64,000 nt of DNA, from contig JACMLM010000011.1 in the NCBI GenBank assembly GCA_014379595.1, positions 29,062 through 93,061 of the forward strand. Direction: 5' to 3'. The stretch is from Anaerolineales bacterium (GTDB lineage Bacteria > Chloroflexota > Anaerolineae > Anaerolineales > Villigracilaceae). The notes under the pieces were generated by a model. The model was not told the DNA's origin, did no database searches, and saw only the letters and a program-made list of their open reading frames with translations. This document shows positions 53,988-63,291 of this stretch, piece after piece (the stretch's first letter is position 1; each line of letters starts with the position of its first letter). A program made the translations under genes and the position numbers.

Positions 53988-55124
53988 TTATTCCTTTGGT
54001 TTATAAATTGCTTGCTCTTCGCGCACTGCGACATAATTCATGCCACCCACCTGGCGCACCATGCCTTTCAGTTCCATTAGCGCGAGTGTAGCAGAAACTT
54101 TCTCAATCGGCAAATCAGTTTGATTGCGAATTTCATCCACATGCAATGGCTCACCGCCAAGCACATTTAATAATCGCGCTTCTGTTTCATCGGCAGGTAT
54201 TATTTTACGCGCAGATTTATGTTCACCGATACGGGTAAAATCCAACGCCTGCATGAGATCGCTGACATTCAATAATGGCTGCGCACCATTTTGGATCAAT
54301 TTATTTGTCCCTTTACTTTGCGGCGCAAGTATACTCCCTGGCACTGCAAATATTTCTCGGCCTTGTACAGCTGCAAATTCTGCCGTGATCAATGCACCGC
54401 TGGTTTCACCTGCTTCAACCACAACGACCGCCAATGATAAACCAGAAATAATGCGATTGCGCGGCGGAAAATTGGAAGCATCTGGCGGCGTGCCAGGTGC
54501 ATAATCACTGATGATCGCGCCTCGTTCCATCATTTGTTCAGCCAGCTTCAAATGCTCGGGTGGATAAATTTTATCCACGCCGCTTCCGAGAATACCTATT
54601 GTTCTACCGCCAGCTTTCAGCGCAGTTTGATGAGCGATTGCATCCACGCCGCGCGCCAAACCACTGATGACCGTGATTCCATTGGATGCAAGGAACGATG
54701 AAATCTCTTCTGTGATCTGCCTGCCATACGGCGTCACGCGACGCGTGCCAACAATCGAAACAGCAAACAAGTCATCGGGCAGATACTCGCCGCGAATATA
54801 CATCACTGGCGGCGGTTGGTCAATCTCTTTTAATCTTGATGGATACGCTTCATCCTGCCACGTCAGGATTTTTATCCCTTGCGATTCGATCTTCGCCCAC
54901 ACTTGATCGAGATCAACTGTTTGACGCGCCGCGAGGACTCGTTCGATCACTTTAGCGCCCAAGCCTGCTTCTGATAAAGCGGCAGAATCAGCACCCCAAG
55001 CGGATTCGAGGTCGCCGAAATATGCGACCAGTCCCTGCATACGCACGGCGCCGATGCCTTTAATTAAATTGAAGCCAACCCAATATTTTTTATCGTCCAT
55101 AGTGTTGTTTGGGGATTGTATCAC
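53988..55124 (-). CDS. dprA: DNA-processing protein DprA (Smf)
   Basis: SAM-like N-terminus, Rossmann core (VSGLARGVDAIAHQ..GGRTIGILGSGVD..YP) and a C-terminal wHTH. Confidence 0.88.
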   Translation of the reverse strand: MIQSPNNTMDDKKYWVGFNLIKGIGAVRMQGLVAYFGDLESAWGADSAALSEAGLGAKVIERVLAARQTVDLDQVWAKIESQGIKILTWQDEAYPSRLKEIDQPPPVMYIRGEYLPDDLFAVSIVGTRRVTPYGRQITEEISSFLASNGITVISGLARGVDAIAHQTALKAGGRTIGILGSGVDKIYPPEHLKLAEQMMERGAIISDYAPGTPPDASNFPPRNRIISGLSLAVVVVEAGETSGALITAEFAAVQGREIFAVPGSILAPQSKGTNKLIQNGAQPLLNVSDLMQALDFTRIGEHKSARKIIPADETEARLLNVLGGEPLHVDEIRNQTDLPIEKVSATLALMELKGMVRQVGGMNYVAVREEQAIYKPKE

Positions 55125-55149
55125 TCACCCATCGATCCCCTATCATAAT

Positions 55150-55704
55150 TTACGAATCTTTATTCTCGATCAAACCGTCAAGCAAGTGAACTTTCATAGT
55201 ACGCTGATCCATATCCACGTTAAGAATGACCGATGGTATAGCAGGCAGAAGAATCTCTTTCCCAGATTCATTCCGAACGATATAAACATCATTCGCGCCT
55301 GTTTCTAAAATTTCAACCAACTTGCCCAGCGGATTCCCGTTATCGTCCACGACATCCAGATCAATTAATTCATATTGATAATGTTTGCCTTCGGGAAGCG
55401 GCGGGACTTCTGAGGCTTTGACATATACCCATTGATTGCGAAATCTGCCTGCATCTTCAGGCGTATCCACGCCATGCAAACTGACAAGCAATCCTTGATT
55501 ATGCTGACGAACGGTATCCAGCGTAAGTGGTTGATGTTTCTCGCCGATCAAAACGTTGCGTCCAGACTTGATACGATCAGGAAAATCGGTGTGCATATCC
55601 ATGATGATCTCACCGCGCACACCATGAGGACGGCGCAGATAACCAATTACTAAATAGACAGGCTCGCCTGACGGCGAGCCTGATGAATTCTGTTTCGTGG
55701 GCAT
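55150..55704 (-). CDS. rimM: 16S rRNA processing protein RimM
   Basis: IGYLRRPHGVRGE..., a PRC barrel C-terminus, and the conserved position after rpsP and the KH gene. Confidence 0.88.
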   Translation of the reverse strand: MPTKQNSSGSPSGEPVYLVIGYLRRPHGVRGEIIMDMHTDFPDRIKSGRNVLIGEKHQPLTLDTVRQHNQGLLVSLHGVDTPEDAGRFRNQWVYVKASEVPPLPEGKHYQYELIDLDVVDDNGNPLGKLVEILETGANDVYIVRNESGKEILLPAIPSVILNVDMDQRTMKVHLLDGLIENKDS

Positions 55705-55937
55705 TAGGGTTCCGTTACATCCAGCGTGGCTTGTTTACCTTCTCGGTCCGCAGCCACTCGCAGCAATGCGCGAATGGAGTTTGCTACCTTCCCGCCTTTG
55801 CCGATCACGCGTCCCATGTCGTCTTTGGATACACTGAGTTCAATCCGCACACGTGAGCCGCTTCCGCTTTGGCTTACTTGTACTTCTTCAGGATGTTCAA
55901 CAAGGGATTTGGCTATAAATTCAATAAGTTCTTTCAT
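55704..55937 (-). CDS. KH domain-containing RNA-binding protein (YlqC/UPF0109-like)
   Basis: 77 aa with GRVIGKGGKVANSIRALL. Conserved position between rpsP and rimM. Confidence 0.88.
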   Translation of the reverse strand: MKELIEFIAKSLVEHPEEVQVSQSGSGSRVRIELSVSKDDMGRVIGKGGKVANSIRALLRVAADREGKQATLDVTEP

Positions 55938-55956
55938 ATTATTGCCTACTTATTTA

Positions 55957-55997
55957 CGTCATTGCGAGGGCGGTAGAACACCGCCCTCACAATGACG
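55957..55997. repeat. Palindromic element of the GTCATTGCGAGG family (intercistronic, rpsP-KH)
   Basis: CGTCATTGCGAGGGCGG-tagaaca-CCGCCCTCACAATGACG: 16 of 17 arm positions pair. Confidence 0.75.
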
Positions 55998-56004
55998 ATG
56001 CTGG

Positions 56005-56349
56005 TTAATTGCTCGTAGTTCTCTTTGGTGCGGCACGTTTGGTTTCGGCTTCAGCGGCTTCGGCTACAAGAGCCTCAACAGCTTCGCCTTTTTTGAAGCG
56101 GTCAAAACGAGCTTGCGTACCAGAGGCCTTGAAGATCTGCGCCACTGATTCGGTCGGCAAAGCGCCATTCTTCATCCAGTGGAATACGCGGTCTTCTTTA
56201 ATATGAATGGTGGCGGGGTTGGTACGTGGATTATACACACCCAAGATTTCCAAAAAGCGGCCATCGCGGGGGGCTTCCTTATCCGCAGCGATGATGCGGT
56301 ACGTGGGTTGGCCTTTAAGACCAATACGACGTAAACGAATTCTTACCAT
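56005..56349 (-). CDS. rpsP: 30S ribosomal protein S16 (with an Ala/Lys-rich C-terminal extension)
   Basis: MVRIRLRRIGLKGQPTYRIIAADKEAPRDGRFLEILGVYNP is the canonical S16 N-terminus. Confidence 0.93.
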   Translation of the reverse strand: MVRIRLRRIGLKGQPTYRIIAADKEAPRDGRFLEILGVYNPRTNPATIHIKEDRVFHWMKNGALPTESVAQIFKASGTQARFDRFKKGEAVEALVAEAAEAETKRAAPKRTTSN

Positions 56350-56624
56350 TTTTACTTACTCCTATAGAATGTTTTGCGCTTCAGACAGGCAAGAGAGAGT
56401 TTTGTGTGCAAGGGACACACGCCTTGCGGGCTGAAATCACAGGGGAGTATTTTACCAGAGAAAAAGGCGGAATTGCCGTTTCGGGGTTTGCAGACGGTAT
56501 ATATAATGGAATATATAAAGGTCTTATACAGTCAAATCGCTGTATAAACCATAGTTAGGTGGCTAAAAATGTACACTAACTTTGGAATTACTGTAAAATT
56601 GGGGGAAACGAAAGGACGGGTGTT

Positions 56625-57458
56625 ATGGGATTTTTGGACTATTACAAATTATACTGGAATACATTCGCCAAAAACTGGAAATCGAATCTCGATTGGCGTG
56701 GATATGGGGTCGAATTATTGTCGGCAGTTATTTCTGGCGGTTTATTTATTCGGGGAAATGGATGGAAAGCCGTGTTAGATAATCCAAGAGACTTCTTATT
56801 GAGTACGCTTGCATTTCCAATTGCATTGGCGGTGCTTTACTCTCTTTATCACCTTCTGGTAACACCCGCAAATTTATATATCGACAAGCAAAAACTAGCA
56901 TGGAGGCGGACTTGGAGGGATGTTGAAATTGCGCCTATCAATTTCTCAGACGACGAATGGTTTGGTGTAGGGTTATCCATTGTTAGTGACAAATCAGATG
57001 AGTATAATGTAACCAACTTTTATCCAAAAATAATAAAAATAACTCGTGGTAATGATGTAATATATCAATCAAATATTCCTGATGTTGGGATTGAACTGAG
57101 AGTTATTGAGCGAACAATAGAAACAGGTTCTTTTTATCGTCGCACAAATGCTCTTCATGTTCCTCACCGTAAAAACATAGGCGAATCTACTGTAGCCTTT
57201 CATGTTGCTAAGTTTCGCGATGACACTGCATATCCAAATTTTGTTGAGATTGAAGGCATTATAGAAGCAGAGGATAGTCAGCCACAGAATTATGTCGAAC
57301 ACGTAACTTTGCCATGCAAGATCGAAATTGCTTTGCGTGGTTTATTGAATTCCTTAGATAAAATGGATATATGTCAAATCGTGTGTGAAATACGCGAGAA
57401 CGAAGAAAAAGGTTTATCAATCACTATGAGAAGAATTCCAGAATATGAGTACGCATAA
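56625..57458 (+). CDS. Hypothetical membrane protein (orphan)
   Basis: 277 aa with two N-terminal TM segments. AT-rich coding sequence. No family recognised. Confidence 0.45.
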   Translation: MGFLDYYKLYWNTFAKNWKSNLDWRGYGVELLSAVISGGLFIRGNGWKAVLDNPRDFLLSTLAFPIALAVLYSLYHLLVTPANLYIDKQKLAWRRTWRDVEIAPINFSDDEWFGVGLSIVSDKSDEYNVTNFYPKIIKITRGNDVIYQSNIPDVGIELRVIERTIETGSFYRRTNALHVPHRKNIGESTVAFHVAKFRDDTAYPNFVEIEGIIEAEDSQPQNYVEHVTLPCKIEIALRGLLNSLDKMDICQIVCEIRENEEKGLSITMRRIPEYEYA

Positions 57459-57638
57459 ACCCGCCACCTAACACCACGTGCGCCTGACTTATGGGAGTCT
57501 GCGCAACTTCCAAGCATTTTTTGTGACTTCGAGTTCATACTGCTCCCAAGCAAAGTCCACGCCCGCACACCTGTCATGTTTCGCAAACACAAACTCTAAA
57601 GACAAATACAGCAAACTATTAATCGTTATGGAGAAGAC

Positions 57639-58007
57639 ATGAGTTTAGCGATCAATAAGATTTTGATCTACGCGAAGGACATGCAAAGAACGTCTGAGTT
57701 TTACGAACGGCATTTCGGTTTCAACTCCAAAGCAGATGATGATGGGAGAATCATTGAGCTAACTTCCGCCAGTGGAGGCGCCAATTTACTAATTCATCAG
57801 GCAGGAAAAGGAGTCAAGTTAGGTCAAGTTGGCATAAAGCTAGTTTTCGATGTGAAAGATGTCGAAGCATATAAGAAAAAGTGCGCAAAGTTAGGTCTTA
57901 AGTTTGGAAGTACGCATCAGGCAGAGGGTTACTCATATGCAAATGCAAAAGACCCAGACAAAAATTCTATTTCTATTTCCAGCCGCGCTTTTCGAAAAAG
58001 CGCATAA
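57639..58007 (+). CDS. VOC (glyoxalase/bleomycin-resistance/dioxygenase) family protein
   Basis: 122 aa. The N-terminal pattern ILIYAKDMQRTSEFYERHFGF is typical of the VOC fold. Confidence 0.65.
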   Translation: MSLAINKILIYAKDMQRTSEFYERHFGFNSKADDDGRIIELTSASGGANLLIHQAGKGVKLGQVGIKLVFDVKDVEAYKKKCAKLGLKFGSTHQAEGYSYANAKDPDKNSISISSRAFRKSA

Positions 58008-58024
58008 TAGCTTCGCCCAAGAGG

Positions 58025-58112
58025 ATGCGTCGCACCTGACTTAATGAGAAAATGCGAATCGAGTAGATTTTGCTGATTAATCAGAAGAATCCACCCGTCA
58101 GGTGCGACGCAT
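58025..58112. repeat. MITE-like element with 16-bp perfect terminal inverted repeats, copy B
   Basis: ATGCGTCGCACCTGAC ... CGAGTAGATT ... CTGATTAATCAG ... GTCAGGTGCGACGCAT. Related to 39381..39470. Confidence 0.75.
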
Positions 58113-58119
58113 TATCTAC

Positions 58120-59175
58120 TCACCCCGAAATCTCTTTCTTCACCACTGGTGCGACCTTTGTCCCAAGCAATTCAATCGCTCGCATCATTTTTGCATGTGG
58201 GATTGTGCCAATGCCGAGTTGAATTAAAAATCTTTGATGATTAAATATCTTGTGCTGGAATAAAATCTTTTCGATCACTTCATCGGGGTTGCCAACAAAG
58301 TCTGAGCCGCGCAGGGTGCGGGAGTTTTCAAATTGTTGACGGGTCATCCCAGACCAGCCACGCTCGCGCCCGATCTTGTTCATCATCATCTGAAGGGATG
58401 GAAAATAATCATCTGCGGCTTGTTGCGAGTCGTCGCCAATAAATCCATGTGAATTAATACTTACTGCCAGTTGCGAGGGGTCATGCCCAGCCTGGGCAGC
58501 GGCCCGATAGTACAGCTCAACAAGAGGCGCGAAGCTTTCGGGCATCCCGCCAATAATGGCAATCGCCAGTGGCAGTCCCAAAGTCCCAGCTCGCATGACA
58601 GATTCGGGCGTCCCACCCACTGCGATCCAAACTGGAATCTTTTGTTGATACGGACGAGGATAAATTCCCTGCTCAAATAATGCAGGGCGATGTTTGCCAG
58701 CAGACCAGGTCACAATCTCGGATTCGCGCAGTTTCAAAAGCAAGTCAAGTTTTTCGGTGAATAATTCGTTGTAGTTATTCAGGTCATATCCAAATAAAGG
58801 AAACGATTCAATGAAGGAACCGCGTCCTGCCATGATTTCTGCACGGCCTTTGGAAAGCAAATCCAACGTGGCAAAATCTTGAAAGACTCGCACAGGGTCA
58901 TCTGAACTCAAAACAGTGACGGCAGTGCTCAAACGAATATTTTTTGTCCGCGCTGCTGCTGCAGCCAAAATAGTCACAGGCGATGATGAAATAAAATCAG
59001 GGCGGTGATGCTCGCCGAGGCCAAAGAGATCCAAACCAACCTGGTCGGCCAGCTCAATGGTCTCCATCAGATTGCTCATTCTTTCAACGGGACTGAGCAT
59101 CGTCCCCGTGATTGGGTCAGCAGTCAACTCCACGAAGGAATAGATGCCAATTTCAAAAGGTTTTTTATCTGTCAT
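58120..59175 (-). CDS. LLM-class (luciferase-like) flavin-dependent oxidoreductase
   Basis: 351 aa TIM-barrel LLM pattern (FGLGEHH..., [22 protein letters not shown]). Confidence 0.75.
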   Translation of the reverse strand: MTDKKPFEIGIYSFVELTADPITGTMLSPVERMSNLMETIELADQVGLDLFGLGEHHRPDFISSSPVTILAAAAARTKNIRLSTAVTVLSSDDPVRVFQDFATLDLLSKGRAEIMAGRGSFIESFPLFGYDLNNYNELFTEKLDLLLKLRESEIVTWSAGKHRPALFEQGIYPRPYQQKIPVWIAVGGTPESVMRAGTLGLPLAIAIIGGMPESFAPLVELYYRAAAQAGHDPSQLAVSINSHGFIGDDSQQAADDYFPSLQMMMNKIGRERGWSGMTRQQFENSRTLRGSDFVGNPDEVIEKILFQHKIFNHQRFLIQLGIGTIPHAKMMRAIELLGTKVAPVVKKEISG

Positions 59176-59287
59176 GTAAGTTTCCTCTTTTATTTATGTG
59201 TTTTATAAGACGCTGCATTCATCAAAAAACCTACAAGGAAAGAATGTTATATATAATAGATGAATAAATCAACTGACGGAGAATTAC

Positions 59288-59767
59288 ATGCCCAGCCATA
59301 TACAAGGTTCTATTCTATTGAGAGATGTAACCGAAGCTGACCTGCCAATATTCTACGAACAGCAACTGGACCCTGATGCGACTCAAATGGCTGCCTTCCC
59401 ATCCAGAGATCGGGATGCATTCATGGTACATTGGAATAACAAAGTGCTGCCGAACCCAGATGGCATCGTGAAAACCATACTCTTCAATGGTCAGGTTGCT
59501 GGAAACATTGTCAGTTGGGATCAATCAGGTGAAAGAGAAGTCGGTTATTGGATCGGGAAGGAATATTGGGGTAAAGGGATTGCGACAAAGGCGCTGACAG
59601 AGTTTTTAGGTTATGTGAAGACACGTCCGCTGTGGGCGCATGTTGCAAAGCATAATATTGGGTCTCAACGTGTGCTGCAAAAATGCGGGTTCAAAATTTC
59701 AAGCCAGGATAAATTTTCTGATGAAAAAGTTGGGGAGATCGAAGAGTTTATTTTGAAGCTGGAATAA
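59288..59767 (+). CDS. GNAT family N-acetyltransferase
   Basis: Acetyl-CoA binding motif YWGKGIATKALTEFLGY. 159 aa. Confidence 0.75.
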   Translation: MPSHIQGSILLRDVTEADLPIFYEQQLDPDATQMAAFPSRDRDAFMVHWNNKVLPNPDGIVKTILFNGQVAGNIVSWDQSGEREVGYWIGKEYWGKGIATKALTEFLGYVKTRPLWAHVAKHNIGSQRVLQKCGFKISSQDKFSDEKVGEIEEFILKLE

Positions 59768-59975
59768 AAAGGGAGAAAGAGCTGGAATTGATTGAAAAGA
59801 AAAACTAAAAAACTATCGCAAGAAGTATATAAGTCTTAGAAAAGAGAAGTGCAGTGTTTGAATCAATAAATAGACGCCAACTAGCAGGTGAATATCATTT
59901 CATTTTACGATACGTGGAAGTGGAATTGCTAAACCACTAAAGAATCTGATAGCCATCCAAAGGAAATAATGAATC

Positions 59976-60458
59976 ATGTCACATTCTTTTCGGTCTTCCA
60001 ATCGTATCGTTAGCAGAATCTTGATTTGTGTAATTATTTTGATTGCATATGTTTTATTTCTTGTAATGTCTTCCTACAAGTTCTCGACCAATCCAGCTAA
60101 TGAGACCATTCCAACCGTTTCCTACTGCGAGCTAGTTCATACCCCAGAACGTTATGACCAAGTAATAGTACGCGTCCATGCGACCTACGTTGTCGGCTTT
60201 GAGTGGTCGTATTTGATGGATCGCAATTGTACTGAACAAACCTGGACGTTATTCATTTCGGAGGATAAAACTTGTTCAGTTAACTTACCAAGACCATTAT
60301 TTCCACCCAAACGAAATGGCGGAAGATGGAAGGTCTCAGTTGTCGGTCAATTTTTTAGTGAACGTGGAAATTATGGGCACCTGGGGTACTATCCATTTGA
60401 GTTCAATGTTGTCTGCATCGAATCGGCTAGTTTATTCATTCCCTGGAATTGGCCATAA
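59976..60458 (+). CDS. Hypothetical membrane-anchored protein (orphan)
   Basis: 160 aa with an N-terminal TM helix. No family recognised. Confidence 0.4.
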   Translation: MSHSFRSSNRIVSRILICVIILIAYVLFLVMSSYKFSTNPANETIPTVSYCELVHTPERYDQVIVRVHATYVVGFEWSYLMDRNCTEQTWTLFISEDKTCSVNLPRPLFPPKRNGGRWKVSVVGQFFSERGNYGHLGYYPFEFNVVCIESASLFIPWNWP

Positions 60459-60570
60459 TACAGCGTATAAAATTATAGACGCCTAGTCATTTTCTAAACA
60501 TCACTGATGCTGAAAAGGCTCAATCAATAAAATAAAAATGTCGATAGCACAACAGTGACCAGCATCTCAT

Positions 60571-60678
60571 CTACCCAAACAATTTTCCCAATCCTTTGCC
60601 CCCAGTTTTTTGAAACATCTTCATCATCTTTTGTGCTTCACGAAATTGTTTGATCAGGCGATTCACATCTTGTACGAT
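60571..60678 (-). pseudogene. Detached second copy of the ffh 3' end (last 34 codons plus stop)
   Basis: Reads VQDVNRLIKQFREAQKMMKMFQKTGGKGLGKLFG-TAG versus the resident ...GMGKLFG-TAA. Hand count: 8 synonymous and 1 non-synonymous differences. Confidence 0.85.
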
Positions 60679-60692
60679 CTCGATAGCTAAGG

Positions 60693-61733
60693 TTAGTCTT
60701 TAAATTTTGCTCTGATTCTCTGAATCGGCTTGTCAATTAATACAATCAGCAAATAAGAGAGCATGAAGACAACAATTATTGAGAGCAAAAAACTTTCCAC
60801 GCCACGCCTTGACAATGTATGTATGGGCTTGCCAAAAAGAGAAAAAGACACCAATAAGCCAACCTGCCAATGCGATAAATAAATCGGGTAGGAAAAATCG
60901 CCGATAAACTTATCAATCTTCTCACTCAATTTCAGAATTTGGTCACCTGTTACGATTTTGTAAACTAAAAGAGAGCCAATAATAAGATTTGTATAAAAAG
61001 CCAATTCGTGAAAGATGTAGAAATCAGGGAGGTAGTAATATAGTCCGAGACCTAATATGCAATTAGCAACCAACAAAACAAATAACCAGCGAGCGGAAAG
61101 TTTTATTCTAGAAAAGGATTTACTTATTACTCCTTTCTTTGAATAAAAATAAATCCATGCACCAATCGAAAAAGGTAATGATCCAGCCAGTATCGGGGAA
61201 TATCTACTGTCATCGTCCAGCCCAAGAGCATAAGTAATAGCAATATATATCAATGATGCAAAAAACCAAAAGCGAACACGATTTAATGTCTTGGAGATTC
61301 CGAGGCAAATCAAGAAATAAAAAAATAATTCCACGGTCAACGCCCAGGCTGGTGGAACGAATCGTGGAAAAACAGTAATCGGATTCCACGACGCGAACAC
61401 GAGGGAAATATTTTGAAGAAGTTCAGCAGGAGAATTTGGCAGATACAAGCTGGGATTATAGTTTCGAGTGATATCTTCGCCGATATAAAGAATTAGCAAA
61501 GCTGTAAAACCTATAATAAGCCAGTATATAGGGTAAAGTCGCAATACCCTGTTAATAGCAAAATAATATCGCCCTCTCCAGCTATATCCATATGTTTCGT
61601 GCATGATCAAGGTCATCAAATACCCACTGATAACGTAAAAACAAAATACAGCATATTGTCCGAGGGGCGCTAAGTTTAAAAGATGTTGGCACATCACAAG
61701 CATGGCCAACACAGTCCTTAGAATTCCAAACAT
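60693..61733 (-). CDS. Acyltransferase family 3 (O-acyltransferase) membrane protein
   Basis: About 10 TM segments. The N-terminal conserved His region (LAMLVMCQHL) is typical of acyltransferase_3. Confidence 0.7.
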   Translation of the reverse strand: MFGILRTVLAMLVMCQHLLNLAPLGQYAVFCFYVISGYLMTLIMHETYGYSWRGRYYFAINRVLRLYPIYWLIIGFTALLILYIGEDITRNYNPSLYLPNSPAELLQNISLVFASWNPITVFPRFVPPAWALTVELFFYFLICLGISKTLNRVRFWFFASLIYIAITYALGLDDDSRYSPILAGSLPFSIGAWIYFYSKKGVISKSFSRIKLSARWLFVLLVANCILGLGLYYYLPDFYIFHELAFYTNLIIGSLLVYKIVTGDQILKLSEKIDKFIGDFSYPIYLSHWQVGLLVSFSLFGKPIHTLSRRGVESFLLSIIVVFMLSYLLIVLIDKPIQRIRAKFKD

Positions 61734-61776
61734 AAATTATCCCAAGCCTTCTTGTATGGAAATATATGTTACATAA

Positions 61777-63117
61777 TTACCCAAACAATTTTCCCATTCC
61801 TTTGCCTCCAGTTTTCTGGAACATCTTCATCATCTTTTGTGCTTCACGAAATTGCTTAATAAGGCGATTCACATCCTGCACATCCATACCCGAACCAGCC
61901 GCAATACGGCGGCGACGGGATGCGTTTAATAAATCAGGGTCGCGGCGTTCTTTTAATGTCATTGAATTGATAATCGCTTCAGATTGCTGAAATGACTTTT
62001 CTACAACGGTTGGATCGATACCGCGTGCAGCTTGTCCCATTTGACCTGGGAGCATGTCCATAATTTGCGCAAGCGGACCCATCTTTTTCATTTGCTTCAT
62101 TTGGTCAAGCCAATCCTCCAAAGAGAAATGACCCTTCATCATTTTCTCGGCTTGTCGCGCCTGCCGCGCCTGCGCGTCCATATCCTGGTCGCCATAAGCG
62201 GCTTCGGCCTTTTCGATCAGGCCGATCATATCGCCCATGCCCAAAATACGAGACGACAAACGCGATGGATCATATGTTTCAAGCGCGTCGAGTTTTTCGC
62301 CAGTACCAATAAATTTAATTGGAATACCAGTCACCGAGCGAATGGAAATTGCCGCACCACCACGCGAGTCGCCATCCATTTTTGTGAGGATGAGTCCTGT
62401 GATATTAATCGCATCACGAAAACCTTGTGCGATGTTCAATGCTTCCTGACCGATCATAGAGTCAACGACGAGCAAAATGTCTATTGGATTGACATTTGCA
62501 GCGATAGCTTTTAACTCAGCCATCAGATCCGCATCCATTTGTGACCGACCCGCTGTATCCACGATGACCAAGCCGAATCCACCCTTTTCAGCTTTATCTA
62601 CCGCGCGTTTTGCAAGCTGCGGCGGAGTCAACGATGTATCAGTTTCAACTTCAACATCTAAACGTTCGCCAAGTTGCTGCAATTGTTTTATAGCAGCGGG
62701 ACGGTATGGGTCACCTGCCACAAGCAGAACACGCTCCCCTTTTGACTTCATCAATCGCGCAAGTTTGCCTGAGGCTGTTGTTTTACCAGCGCCTTGCAAA
62801 CCAACCATCATAATCACACGCGGTTTTGGGCCTGTAAGATTTAATGCAACAGGTTCACCAAGTGATGCAACCAATTCTTCATTGACGATCTTGATCACTT
62901 GTTGACCAGGGTTCAGTGCCTTCGATACTTCTGCACCAATCGCACGTTCACGAACCTTTGCAATGAAAGTTTTAACAACACTAAAATGCACATCGGCTTC
63001 GAGAAGCGCGAGGCGCACTTCTCGCATGGCGGCATCCACGTCCGCTTCGGAGAGTTTGCCGCGGCGGCGAAGTCCGTCAAAAATTTGATTAAGTCGTCCA
63101 GTGAGGGTTTCAAACAT
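61777..63117 (-). CDS. ffh: Signal recognition particle protein Ffh
   Basis: MFETLTGRL N-terminus, NG domain GLQGAGKTT, DTAGR, and a Met-rich M domain. Confidence 0.95.
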   Translation of the reverse strand: MFETLTGRLNQIFDGLRRRGKLSEADVDAAMREVRLALLEADVHFSVVKTFIAKVRERAIGAEVSKALNPGQQVIKIVNEELVASLGEPVALNLTGPKPRVIMMVGLQGAGKTTASGKLARLMKSKGERVLLVAGDPYRPAAIKQLQQLGERLDVEVETDTSLTPPQLAKRAVDKAEKGGFGLVIVDTAGRSQMDADLMAELKAIAANVNPIDILLVVDSMIGQEALNIAQGFRDAINITGLILTKMDGDSRGGAAISIRSVTGIPIKFIGTGEKLDALETYDPSRLSSRILGMGDMIGLIEKAEAAYGDQDMDAQARQARQAEKMMKGHFSLEDWLDQMKQMKKMGPLAQIMDMLPGQMGQAARGIDPTVVEKSFQQSEAIINSMTLKERRDPDLLNASRRRRIAAGSGMDVQDVNRLIKQFREAQKMMKMFQKTGGKGMGKLFG

Positions 63118-63291
63118 GAGTTAAAGTCTCCAGAGTAGAGAGAACATTTTAGCGTGTAGCAGGTTGAGGGTCAAGTAAGAGGCGATGCCTAAGTCCACAT
63201 CCCGTTAAACATTTCTTTACAATGAAGGCGAAACTACTTATACTCGCATGTGTTGTCTTTCTAACAATCAATCTTGGTTTGCGGAGGATAT

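Noticed and set aside
57459-57600. Possible third ffh-tail relic or degenerate MITE copy upstream of the VOC gene
   Set aside because: There is only patchy similarity: CATTTTTTGTGACTTCGAG versus CATCTTTTGTGCTTCACGAA, and GCGCCTGACTTA versus GCACCTGACTTA. No colinear alignment, no inverted arms, and no conserved reading frame. Not distinguishable from chance by eye.
59869-60490. Direct 9-mer ATAGACGCC on both sides of ORF 59976..60458 as target-site duplication
   Set aside because: A single 9-nt match between two flanks of about 200 nt is within chance expectation, and no inverted repeats or mobility gene accompany it.
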